From a bacterium (GTDB taxonomy: Bacteria; Omnitrophota; Gorgyraeia; Zapsychrales; Zapsychraceae), in the NCBI GenBank assembly GCA_030429765.1, contig JAUIER010000001.1, positions 202,877 to 266,876 on the forward strand: a DNA stretch of 64,000 nucleotides, read 5' to 3'. Positions 27,395 through 36,838 of this stretch are shown here, piece by piece. The position numbers and the translations under genes are program-made. Within the stretch, counting starts at the first letter, position 1. Each line of letters starts with the position of its first letter. The notes below the pieces were generated by a model, which saw only the letters and a list, made by a program, of their open reading frames with translations, was not told where the DNA came from and did no database searches.

Positions 27395-28891
27395 ATGGCT
27401 AAATACCTAGGGGTAGACATATCGGACGATTCGTTACGGTATGTCTACCTTAAATCACAAGGTTTTAAGTACGTCGTCCTTAAGGCGGGCAAGTCAAATA
27501 TCGATTTTGAATTGACCGCCCAAGGGGCGCTACGCGATGCGATCAAAGGCTTGGTTAAGCAGGAAAAACTCAAGCCTTCGCGTGTTTTTGTGTCCATATC
27601 ACGCAAAGACACTGTTGTGCATCAATTGGTCCTGCCGAAGCTTTCGGCGCGGGAGTTTGACGAGGTCATTACCTCGGAAATCGAAAAAATCCCGACGTTC
27701 CATAAGCAACCGTACGACTATATCTACCGCAAATATCCGATGGGACGCGATAAGTTCAAGGTGATCCTGTCGGCCATCCGGCGTGATATTCTGGACAGCG
27801 TCTTGCAGGAAGTTCACAAGACCGGGATTATGTTCAAGGATGTCGAAATATCGCCTTTGAACTTCAAAGATATTCCTTCATTGATCGATCCGGTGGAAGA
27901 TTGTCACGCGTTTGTGATGATCTCGGACCGGCAGACCTACCTGAGCATTTACGATAAAGATCAGTATCGATTGATTTACAAATTGGCCTCAGGGGTCAAT
28001 CAGTTTAAACATACGGTTTCCCAGGAACAGATCAAATTGATCGTCACCGACTGGACGGCCCAGCTCAAGCGGGTGTTCAAGTCGTTTATGATGGAAAACC
28101 GCAGCCTCAAGGTCAAAAAGATTTGGCTGGTCTGGGACAAAGAAGTGGCTCCAAACCTGGATCAGTATGTTGCCAATGAATTTAACATTCCCGTCGAGAT
28201 CCTGGATATTCGTAAGGTCAGTAAGATCTCGACGATCGAGAATTATCCGTTAAATCCGGTATACGCCATGGCGATGGCGCCGGTGCTGAGTCATATTCAT
28301 CAAATCAATTCACAATTTTCACTTCGACATTTCTTTGGACGGTTTCATCTCAATCGATATGTACTGAAAACCGGTATCATGGCCGCGGCGGTCATTTCAG
28401 TGTTTGCCGCTTCCTTGGGAATGGCCAATATGTGGATCAATGACAAGACTCGCGGTTTTGAATCACAGGCCCGGACGATTGAATATCAAACCGTCGAATT
28501 AAGGAAAGAAGCACAGGATTTGTTCCGTCAGCATGAAGAATACGATCAAATCCGGCAACGATTTCTGGCCCAGGCCACTTATGTGCAGGAGTTAAACCGA
28601 GTCTCATGGGCGGAGGTTTTTGCGATTGTCGCCAATGAATTACCTGAAGATTTAGCTTTAACATCGTTTAAGTTCAGCGAACAAGGGAGTGCGGATATTA
28701 AAGGTGAAGCGTTCAATATGGAATCAATCGCCGAATTGATCCGCCGGATTGACGAGTCGGCTATTCTGAACAAAGGGACATTTGATTTTCTCAAAGAGAA
28801 AAAAGTCAAAGAAGAAAAATTGTTTAATTTCGGTATCCTGGCCCGATTAAAGACGCCGGAGAAAAAGTTGGAATCTGATGAACAAGAATAA
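27395..28891 (+). CDS. GspL-like assembly protein: PilM-like actin-fold domain fused to TM + PilN-like periplasmic domain
   Basis: N-terminal 'MAKYLGVDISDDSLRYVYLK' (PilM-like). TM 'YVLKTGIMAAAVISVFAASLGMA' near residue 330. Coiled-coil periplasmic tail. Confidence 0.6.
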   Translation: MAKYLGVDISDDSLRYVYLKSQGFKYVVLKAGKSNIDFELTAQGALRDAIKGLVKQEKLKPSRVFVSISRKDTVVHQLVLPKLSAREFDEVITSEIEKIPTFHKQPYDYIYRKYPMGRDKFKVILSAIRRDILDSVLQEVHKTGIMFKDVEISPLNFKDIPSLIDPVEDCHAFVMISDRQTYLSIYDKDQYRLIYKLASGVNQFKHTVSQEQIKLIVTDWTAQLKRVFKSFMMENRSLKVKKIWLVWDKEVAPNLDQYVANEFNIPVEILDIRKVSKISTIENYPLNPVYAMAMAPVLSHIHQINSQFSLRHFFGRFHLNRYVLKTGIMAAAVISVFAASLGMANMWINDKTRGFESQARTIEYQTVELRKEAQDLFRQHEEYDQIRQRFLAQATYVQELNRVSWAEVFAIVANELPEDLALTSFKFSEQGSADIKGEAFNMESIAELIRRIDESAILNKGTFDFLKEKKVKEEKLFNFGILARLKTPEKKLESDEQE

Positions 28892-29519
28892 GATCAAATT
28901 AATCTTTACGATATTTACCGTTTTGGTGATCCTGGGCTTAATCGGCTTTTTCATCTATAACGGCAAGCATTACCTGGAGGCCAAAGACGCATTAGCTCAG
29001 AAACAGACAGAGTTGAATGAGGTGAAAAGCGAGATTGCTGAGATCAAACAGGCTATCGCCAAATACGAAGATGAAAAGAAAGAGTTTGAGGAGTTTCTTT
29101 TCAAAGAACAGGATATCCCGGCCTTTCTGGACAGTATTTCCAAAAAAGCCAAGGACACGGCGGTCAATGTCACGGACATGAAGACCAAGTCGTTCCGGGC
29201 GGTCCAGCAGCAGGTGATGGGCGGCAATGTGGCCCAGCAGCGTATTCGAAACAACCGGCGGTCGGCCCAGCAGCAGCAAATGCTGGAAGAGCAAGAGTTG
29301 CAGAATATGCTGACGCTGGCAGCGATGCCGATCAACATGAAGATTGAAGGCGAGTTTGAATCGCTGTTGCAGTTCTTTAATTCGCTGGAGGATATCGAAC
29401 AGCTGATCACGATCAGTAATGTCGAGATCAACACATTTAACAAGTATCCTCAGCTGAGCTGCAAGTACACTCTGAAAATTTACAGTTTGAAAACACTATC
29501 GGAAATTGAAACGCGATGA
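28878..29519 (+). CDS. PilO/GspM-like bitopic protein
   Basis: N-terminal TM 'IKLIFTIFTVLVILGLIGFFIY', coiled coil, then a C-terminal ferredoxin-like region. Overlaps both neighbouring genes. Confidence 0.5.
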   Translation: MNKNKIKLIFTIFTVLVILGLIGFFIYNGKHYLEAKDALAQKQTELNEVKSEIAEIKQAIAKYEDEKKEFEEFLFKEQDIPAFLDSISKKAKDTAVNVTDMKTKSFRAVQQQVMGGNVAQQRIRNNRRSAQQQQMLEEQELQNMLTLAAMPINMKIEGEFESLLQFFNSLEDIEQLITISNVEINTFNKYPQLSCKYTLKIYSLKTLSEIETR

Positions 29520-29971
29520 GAAAGATATTATACACAACAATGATCCTGGTCGTATCCGTTAGCGGATGTGATATGTTCCAGGCCAAGTCCAAGAAACAGC
29601 CGGAAGTGGTCAAACCCAAGCTCAAAAAGGTTGACGATCTGAACCTGGCCAAGCTTCTATTGAAGCCGAATAAGGCCGACATTCAGGTGTCACGGGATCC
29701 ATTTGAACCGCTTATTAAGGAAGAACCCAAAAACACCAAGGTGATGGTGCGCAAAAAGCCCAGAACAAATGAGATGCGTCAGTATAAATTTCTCGGTGTT
29801 GCGAAGGTAAACAATGAATATGTTGCGTATTTAAAGAACGGAGCGGTCAAGGGGACGTTCCGCAAGGATGACAAGGTCAAAGATTACACAATAACCGAAA
29901 TTGGTCCCAATCAAGTCACACTGTCGAATGGCGACCAAACTGTTACGCTAAAAAGAGGGGCATCAAAGTGA
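29516..29971 (+). CDS. PilP/GspC-like lipoprotein
   Basis: Lipobox 'VSVSGC'. C-terminal beta domain 'YKFLGVAKVNNEYVAYLKNG...VTLSNGDQTVTLK'. Confidence 0.5.
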   Translation: MRKILYTTMILVVSVSGCDMFQAKSKKQPEVVKPKLKKVDDLNLAKLLLKPNKADIQVSRDPFEPLIKEEPKNTKVMVRKKPRTNEMRQYKFLGVAKVNNEYVAYLKNGAVKGTFRKDDKVKDYTITEIGPNQVTLSNGDQTVTLKRGASK

Positions 29972-32778
29972 AAACAAAATTAATCATTCTCATTATATTC
30001 GCCATGAGTTTCGGCATGTGTGTCAACACACCGAACGTTGTGGCTGATAACGACCAATTGGCACAAAAGCGGGAACGCTTGTGGAATCTGCTTCAGGAGC
30101 AGAAGCCTAATTACTATGACGACGCGGAATCATCATCCGAAGTTCATGAAGCGATCATGATGCCGGACGAAGCCGAGGCTGTGGATGTCATCGACGAAGC
30201 CGTTGAAGATGTCATGGACACGGTGGAAGAAATCGTACCGGACGTAGAGCCGGTGGTCGTCGATCAATCTGTTGAATACACCGAAGTCGAGTTTTCGGAT
30301 GGAAAGCTGGTTGATCTGCAAAACGATTTTATCACCCGTTCGATGCAGGCCGAGGATGTTCAAGTCCGGACGGCGTGGGCGGATAACTTAAACCGGCAAA
30401 CGATTTTGGACAACGCCATCGCGGCGATGGAAGAAACATTGGAGCAGATGCCGGAGCCCGAAGAAATGGCGTTACTGGAAGAAACCGTCACTGAAAACAC
30501 GGTTGAAGTCTATGACGACGTGGTGGCCGATGTGGCAGAAAACGTTGTATATGACATGGTCGAGGATACACCGATAATCGCTCAAGAGGAAGTCATCGAA
30601 CAGGTTGAGAATGCTGTGATTGATGATGATGTTCAGGAAGTTGTCGATCAAATCGTCGAAGATGCCCAAGGCGAGATTGATATGACAGCCTATGAAGAAA
30701 CAGCGTTGGTGGATTCTGAAGTCGACGATGTGGCCGCGGAGGAGGAATTTCTTGAAGCAACTGTTTCTGATGCGGACATGGAGGTTCATGAAGATTTTTA
30801 CGAAGTTTCCGACACCACAGAGAAAAAAGGTTTCTGGGGACGTCTAAAGTCGACCCTTCAAGGCGATGACGAGCCATCGCGTGATGAATTAAACGAAGCC
30901 TTTATGGCCGAGGATATCCAGGCTGTCGATATCGACAGTACGTCCAATAATTACGGTGTGGTGATGGAAGAAGGCGGTATTACGGCCGAACCAGCTGATG
31001 ATGCCGTATCGGATTACGAACGCATGCGACGCATTCTGGATCCAAATTCTGACGGAGCAGCTATGGAAGCGATTCATGATGATGTTCATATGACAAGTAT
31101 GCAGCCGCAGGAAGATTGGGTGGAAATGGCTGCCGCCGTGAACGTTGTCCGGGAGCCCGACACTTACACCGCTGATGTTGAGGTGGATGAACGATATATT
31201 GAGGATGTGCCGGTACATGAAACGCATAATCATCAGCATACCTACAATGCCGAGTATGTCGATTCGGGTATCGAAGTCTATCATGACGGTGAGTGGGTTG
31301 ATGAATCCGCCGTTGTTCATGAAGGTGTCCATGACGATATGGACATGACGACAGATATCTACGAAGAAGAAGGTGAAAAAGAAGGCTTTTGGAAGAAGGT
31401 CGAACGAAAATTGAGCATGAGCGGCATGACCAAGGAAGAGGTCGCGGAACTCGACTACTGGGAAGTTCCTGTCCAGGAGCAGACTGTCGAGGATATCAGC
31501 CGAAACCTCAAGATTGACGCGGCCTTTGAAGAAGCGGCCAGCGTTCAGATCGATGACATTCCGTCAAAAAAGCACACTTTTGTTCAGCCGGAAACCAAGA
31601 TTTCATCACCGCGTGAGATCATCCGGGCGGCCATTCCGGAGGCCAATCGTGACCGGAAGATCGATCTGGATTTTGATAACACCAACCTTTCCGATATTCT
31701 GCTGATCATCGGCGATACGGGCGGGATGAATATCGTTCTAGATCCGGCTCTCAAGAGCAATACACTGGATCTTCATCTTAAGCAAATCAGTCTGGAAGAA
31801 GCCCTATTGCTGATCGCCAACTCTTATGACTTAGGATTCAAATTGGTGGGTGACGCGATCTTCGTGACCGAAAACGCCAAGCTTCGCTACGAAAACAAAG
31901 TATCACGGATTATCAAGGTCCGTAACGTGGCCGTGCAGGAAGCCAAGGTGTTGGTGGACGATCTGGTAGACAAAGTCAACGCCAGTGAAGAGCTAAACAG
32001 TCTGATCGTCGTCGGTGACCCGAAAGATGTCGCCAAGGTCGAGCAGATCATTCAGAGTATCGACACGCCGCAGCCGCAGGTTATCCTTGTGGCGAAGATT
32101 ATTGAGGTTAACAAAGATGCCCTTAAGGACTTAGGGGTTGATTGGTCCGATCAAATCAATATCGGATATCAGGAAAGCGGACGCCCGTCTGACTTTAACG
32201 ATTCCGAAGATTCGACAGGATCATGGTACCGGGTGGCGCAGATTCAGCGTAATCCGTTGCAATTTGAAACAACGATCCGTATGCTGGAACAGCAGAACAA
32301 GGCGAAGGTTTTATCTGAACCACGTGTTACGACGCTTAATGGTAAAGAGGCCGAAATTTTTGTCGGGGACGAAGTTCCGTATACGATTACCAATATCACC
32401 GGTGGGGTGGTTACCAACGATGTTCGCTTCGTGGAGCCGGGTATCCGTCTGAGAATCACACCGTCGATCATCGAAGACAACTTTGTTGTCATGAAGATCG
32501 AACCGGAAGTGAGTTTTATTGTATCATTCCGCGGTCCGAACGACGAGTTTCCTCAAGTTCGAACCAGGGAAGCCACAGCGCACGTGCGTGTTGAGAATAA
32601 ACAGCCGTTTGTGCTCGGGGGAATTCTTAATCAGGAAGACAAGCAGAATCTCTTCAAGGTGCCATTCCTTGGAAAGCTGCCTTTATTCGGTAACCTATTC
32701 AGTTATGAGAAAAACACCGCCGTGGATACGGAGCTGATCATCACCGTTATCCCTACGATTGTGCATGGCAAAGATTAA
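29968..32778 (+). CDS. secretin (GspD/PilQ family) with ~480-aa acidic N-terminal extension
   Basis: Signal peptide. D/E/V-rich low-complexity region up to about residue 520. N0-like 'DLDFDNTNLSDILLIIGDTGGMNIVLDP'. Secretin C-domain 'LSEPRVTTLNGKEAEIFVGDEVPY' ... 'VPFLGKLPLFGNLFS'. Confidence 0.85.
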   Translation: MKTKLIILIIFAMSFGMCVNTPNVVADNDQLAQKRERLWNLLQEQKPNYYDDAESSSEVHEAIMMPDEAEAVDVIDEAVEDVMDTVEEIVPDVEPVVVDQSVEYTEVEFSDGKLVDLQNDFITRSMQAEDVQVRTAWADNLNRQTILDNAIAAMEETLEQMPEPEEMALLEETVTENTVEVYDDVVADVAENVVYDMVEDTPIIAQEEVIEQVENAVIDDDVQEVVDQIVEDAQGEIDMTAYEETALVDSEVDDVAAEEEFLEATVSDADMEVHEDFYEVSDTTEKKGFWGRLKSTLQGDDEPSRDELNEAFMAEDIQAVDIDSTSNNYGVVMEEGGITAEPADDAVSDYERMRRILDPNSDGAAMEAIHDDVHMTSMQPQEDWVEMAAAVNVVREPDTYTADVEVDERYIEDVPVHETHNHQHTYNAEYVDSGIEVYHDGEWVDESAVVHEGVHDDMDMTTDIYEEEGEKEGFWKKVERKLSMSGMTKEEVAELDYWEVPVQEQTVEDISRNLKIDAAFEEAASVQIDDIPSKKHTFVQPETKISSPREIIRAAIPEANRDRKIDLDFDNTNLSDILLIIGDTGGMNIVLDPALKSNTLDLHLKQISLEEALLLIANSYDLGFKLVGDAIFVTENAKLRYENKVSRIIKVRNVAVQEAKVLVDDLVDKVNASEELNSLIVVGDPKDVAKVEQIIQSIDTPQPQVILVAKIIEVNKDALKDLGVDWSDQINIGYQESGRPSDFNDSEDSTGSWYRVAQIQRNPLQFETTIRMLEQQNKAKVLSEPRVTTLNGKEAEIFVGDEVPYTITNITGGVVTNDVRFVEPGIRLRITPSIIEDNFVVMKIEPEVSFIVSFRGPNDEFPQVRTREATAHVRVENKQPFVLGGILNQEDKQNLFKVPFLGKLPLFGNLFSYEKNTAVDTELIITVIPTIVHGKD

Positions 32779-32896
32779 TTGAATAGCTGCACGAATTAAA
32801 ATAGGATCAGATGGTTTAAGAAAGCCCTGCTTTTATCAAGTGGGGTTTTCTTATATAATAGGTATATTAAGCAGTACGTAATCACGTCGGGAAATT

Positions 32897-35047
32897 ATGA
32901 GAAAGCTATCAAAACGCGGATTTACATTGATCGAGGTCCTGGTCGGCGCGATTATCATCGCGGGCGTCAGCCTGGCCGGATGGGTGTCGGTGACGGTCTT
33001 GACCAAGTCGGGGGAGATTTCGCGGAATCGCTCCATGGCGGTCAACCTGCTGCAGCAAAGTCAGGAGGAGCTGCGCCGCATTGCCCAGGTCGACACCACC
33101 TACGATACGCTCAACACGTGTCAGTTTCCCAATCCGGTGGCGCCGCCGACCAACACCTGTGGACTCGCCGACACAACGACCACCTTTCCCGGTTTTGTGC
33201 GCACCATGGCGGTGACATTTGAAAACGGCAGCACCGAACTCAAGCGTGTGTTGACCACCGTTCAATGGCAGGAAGATGGAATTCCCAAGCAGATCCAGTC
33301 CATTGTCCTTTTATCGCGTCCGCCGGATCCACTTCCCGGTAACATCATCGGTTTTGTCAGCTCGGAGACACAGGCGGCAACGCCGCTCGGCAGCATTCCG
33401 ATCAGCATTGATTTTGTATCTTCAACGGCATCGTATTCCACGACGTCGGCGGCCGTCGCGGATGGACGCGGCGCCAATTTTGATTTTGCTGAAGTCGGCA
33501 CCGGCCGGTTTGTTTTGCCCACAGGCAACTACAATCTGACGGTCAACGCGTCGGGATACTTTCCATACACACATCCTGTTGAGATCACGGTGCCTTCAAA
33601 TGGAGAGGTCTTTGTGGCGGTTCAGCTAAGACCTTTACCGACAGATGCTGTCATCTCCGGTAATGTGATTGACCTTAGCACCGGATCACCGATTTCATCT
33701 TTTAGCGGGGCGCGTATTCGTCGCTACGAAGGCGGAAGTTACCGTCAGCAAACGGTGAATCAGCGCAGTTATTCATTTACCATTCCTTTTTCAGATTCCA
33801 ATCCGCAGTCATTCACGATCAACACGCTTGACGCGTTTCGCGCGGGATTTGTCTATCAGACCAACTCGGGCGGATCACCGTCCTGTAACTTTGACTATAC
33901 CAGAGAAGGTTTTTCGTCGGCCGTTGTCCAGGCCGACAGTAGTTTAGTGTGTTCGAACCCTCACAATGGAAGTTCAGCGTCAGATCGGGTGACGGTATTT
34001 CCGGGCGACAATATCACGCTGGACCTGCCGGTTTTACCCGTCCCTGAAGTTCAGATTTTCGGACGCGTCCTGGACAGTGATAACAATCCGGTGAGCGGGG
34101 CGACCATTCGAGCGCGCTGGCCGCGCAGCGACGGGAGTTATGACTGGCGTAAGCAGGGCGTCCTTCAAACGGCGACGAGCGATATCAATGGAAATTTCAC
34201 CTTTAATGTCCCGGCGGTGCAGGGGATGTTTCCGGGTTCCAACCCGAGTCAGAACTATCTGCAGGTTTGGGCGCGCGGTCAGGTGAATGTCATTCGATGT
34301 TGCGATGTTCAGCAGAACGTATGGCGAAATAGTCCAACGGCTTATGTGGGAATCCTGAATCCATTGGATCCACCGCGGGACATCGGTGTGCTGCGGATTT
34401 CATCGACCGATGAAAACTGCGGAAATGTGGGCGGCGATATCACGGATGGTCTTACCTCGAACGCGATCGATACGGCGAATGTGCAGATATCGGTGACTGA
34501 GCTGACGGACGGCACCGGCCATTATGATATTGAATGCGCCCCGGCACAGACCGGATTCCGTTTACGTACAAATCGCTATCGCTTTATCGCGTCCAAGGCA
34601 GGGTACTACACCAATGATTCCAACGGAAACGCGCAATATCGACGTCGGGGATCCGGCGGCCGTGATGTGCAGATCCAAACCGATACCACGATCAATTATG
34701 ACGCGGAGTTGTGGCCGCGGGGATTTGGAGATATTCAGGTCAATGTTGTGGATAAAACAACCGGTGTCCCGATGGACGGCGTCGATGTACGATTATCTCC
34801 ATACACAGGTTCGTCTAGTACATTAACCACGGCAGGTGGAACCGTTACATTCGTGAACGTGGCCGAAACATGGCCGACGCCGGCTGTGCCAAACAACGGT
34901 TACTACAATATGAATTCGCAAAGCCATCGGATTGATATCAATCATGATCCGGCCAATTACCTGCCGCACACAGAAATTATACCAAACCTCGACGACGGTA
35001 CAGTGGTGACGATCACGATCATGCTGGAAAGAATAGGCGGGGTATAG
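32897..35047 (+). CDS. giant minor pseudopilin (GspH/PilV-like N-terminus) with C-terminal beta-sandwich (CarboxypepD_reg-like) domains
   Basis: Prepilin signal 'KRG|FTLIEVLVGAIIIAGV'. 'TELKRVLTTVQW' minor-pilin motif. At least 3 repeats of 'G.V.D..TG.P..GA.IR'. Confidence 0.6.
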   Translation: MRKLSKRGFTLIEVLVGAIIIAGVSLAGWVSVTVLTKSGEISRNRSMAVNLLQQSQEELRRIAQVDTTYDTLNTCQFPNPVAPPTNTCGLADTTTTFPGFVRTMAVTFENGSTELKRVLTTVQWQEDGIPKQIQSIVLLSRPPDPLPGNIIGFVSSETQAATPLGSIPISIDFVSSTASYSTTSAAVADGRGANFDFAEVGTGRFVLPTGNYNLTVNASGYFPYTHPVEITVPSNGEVFVAVQLRPLPTDAVISGNVIDLSTGSPISSFSGARIRRYEGGSYRQQTVNQRSYSFTIPFSDSNPQSFTINTLDAFRAGFVYQTNSGGSPSCNFDYTREGFSSAVVQADSSLVCSNPHNGSSASDRVTVFPGDNITLDLPVLPVPEVQIFGRVLDSDNNPVSGATIRARWPRSDGSYDWRKQGVLQTATSDINGNFTFNVPAVQGMFPGSNPSQNYLQVWARGQVNVIRCCDVQQNVWRNSPTAYVGILNPLDPPRDIGVLRISSTDENCGNVGGDITDGLTSNAIDTANVQISVTELTDGTGHYDIECAPAQTGFRLRTNRYRFIASKAGYYTNDSNGNAQYRRRGSGGRDVQIQTDTTINYDAELWPRGFGDIQVNVVDKTTGVPMDGVDVRLSPYTGSSSTLTTAGGTVTFVNVAETWPTPAVPNNGYYNMNSQSHRIDINHDPANYLPHTEIIPNLDDGTVVTITIMLERIGGV

Positions 35048-35048
35048 G

Positions 35049-35537
35049 ATGAACCGAAGATCTCTAAAAAGCAGGAAGGGAGTAACACTGGTGGAGTTGC
35101 TGACAATGCTGGTGATCGTCGGTGTACTTATCGGAACTTTCTATGCCGTTTTTATCACCAATTGGGCGGCCTTTGAAGATCGCATCGCCCGGACACATAT
35201 GTGGCATCAAGCCAACGAAATTATGGAAACAGTCACCGATGATGGGCGCTTCGCGCATGTCATCAATGTGGTCAATAACCCGGACGGATCTGAGTCGGCT
35301 ATTTTTCTTGATGCGTTGAACCAACCCATCGTGACGTATACGATTGGCTTGAACGGCGAATTTCAAATGGTCCGAAATGGTTTAGCGATGAAGGTTTTGT
35401 CGGACCAGCTGGATCCGATACAATCCGATTTTGCGCTGCAGGGTGAGAGCTTGCGGTTTCAATTGGTCATGCAGGAAGAATTGTTTAATCGTAATATCGG
35501 TTTTCAAACATCAACCGAGGTCTTTCCGCGAAATTAG
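35049..35537 (+). CDS. minor pseudopilin
   Basis: 'RKG|VTLVELLTMLVIVGVLIG' prepilin motif. 162 aa. Confidence 0.65.
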   Translation: MNRRSLKSRKGVTLVELLTMLVIVGVLIGTFYAVFITNWAAFEDRIARTHMWHQANEIMETVTDDGRFAHVINVVNNPDGSESAIFLDALNQPIVTYTIGLNGEFQMVRNGLAMKVLSDQLDPIQSDFALQGESLRFQLVMQEELFNRNIGFQTSTEVFPRN

Positions 35538-35545
35538 GAATAAGG

Positions 35546-36835
35546 ATGAAATTGACGACACGACGACAATCTGAGAGCGGTTTTATTCTGATATCCGCCG
35601 TATTTGTGGCGTTGTTTCTGACGCTGCTTTTAGGGGCCGCGTTTATGCGTTCACAAATGCAGATCCGGGAGGCCGCGATGCGCCGGTATGCTCAAGAGGC
35701 GTTTTATGCGGCGGAATCCGGCGTGGACCGGGCATTGTTTGAATTGCGTCAAAATCCCAACTGGACACCGGGTGCCGGCGGATTTGCCGCGGTTGTCGAC
35801 GAGCCACTGGAGACTATTCCGGGAGACGCGACAACAACGATCGGGTTTTACTCGATCAATGTGGGAAACGGTGGCTTTCTGGCTCCGCTAGGGGACACAC
35901 GCTGGGTCCGGTCAATCGGACGTGATATTGATAATAACTTAACCCGGGTAATTTTGGCCCGGGTGCTCATTGATGATCCCAGCCGGTTTATTATGTCGAC
36001 ACCGGGCGTTTTGCGATTCAAAAGCGGCTCTCAATTAGATGCCGACGTGCTGGGGAATGAATTGTTTTTTGATGTAAATACCACCTTGCCGGCGGCGCAA
36101 CGGGCGATCGATGTCAACGGTGACGTACTCTATATTAACAACGTGAATCCGAGTGACCCGATGGCGGATCCGGATATCAACATATCGGGTAACGTCACCC
36201 AGTATCCATCGATCACTTTTCCGGGGGTCGATCTATCACGCTACAGTTCGTTGGCCACGAGCAATTCACCACTCAATGGCTATTATTCCGCGTCGGACTT
36301 AACCGTTGATCTGGAAAACCTCAGCACATTAAACAACGATCCGCTGTTCGATCCGCTGATCATTTATGCCGACGGGGATATTCGGATCACCGGCGAGTTC
36401 AGCGATTCGGTGGTGGTTGTCGCGTCCGGAAACATTTACATCGAAGGTGATATAGAACCTGATCCGGCCCATGGATTGGCCCAGCCGCCGCAGATTGGCT
36501 TGTTCGCTAAACAGGATGTGATTATCGAGGACGGCGTGGTTCCGGCGGGCGGTGATCTAAATCTGGAAGCCTTTGTGATTGCCGACGGGGGGGGATCATC
36601 CAACGGTGAGTTTAATGCCGAAAGCACGGTTGGGTTGGGGAATTTTAATTTCACCGGCAGCATCTCGGTGCGCGGCGAGGGAGGCGGTACTACCGGTATC
36701 GATTTGAGCATCTTTGCGACGCGCAGCTATACACACAATCCTAATCTGAGCGTTCCGTTCTCACCCTACATTGCCAACATTATTTCATGGCAGGAAAGTA
36801 CCGTGGCCGATGTATTCCCGCCGGTTGCCAACTAA
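35546..36835 (+). CDS. GspK/PilX-like minor pseudopilin (no Glu+5) with repeat-rich C-terminal region
   Basis: 'SESG|FILISAVFVALFLTLLLGAAF' with Ser at +5, GspK-like. C-terminal Gly/Asp-rich beta-strand repeats. Confidence 0.5.
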   Translation: MKLTTRRQSESGFILISAVFVALFLTLLLGAAFMRSQMQIREAAMRRYAQEAFYAAESGVDRALFELRQNPNWTPGAGGFAAVVDEPLETIPGDATTTIGFYSINVGNGGFLAPLGDTRWVRSIGRDIDNNLTRVILARVLIDDPSRFIMSTPGVLRFKSGSQLDADVLGNELFFDVNTTLPAAQRAIDVNGDVLYINNVNPSDPMADPDINISGNVTQYPSITFPGVDLSRYSSLATSNSPLNGYYSASDLTVDLENLSTLNNDPLFDPLIIYADGDIRITGEFSDSVVVVASGNIYIEGDIEPDPAHGLAQPPQIGLFAKQDVIIEDGVVPAGGDLNLEAFVIADGGGSSNGEFNAESTVGLGNFNFTGSISVRGEGGGTTGIDLSIFATRSYTHNPNLSVPFSPYIANIISWQESTVADVFPPVAN

Positions 36836-36838
36836 TCC

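Noticed and set aside
29968-31500. Possible CRISPR/tandem DNA repeat in the acidic secretin region
   Set aside because: The repetition is at the amino-acid composition level (D/E/V codons). No regularly spaced direct repeats with unique spacers are present. No cas genes are in the window.
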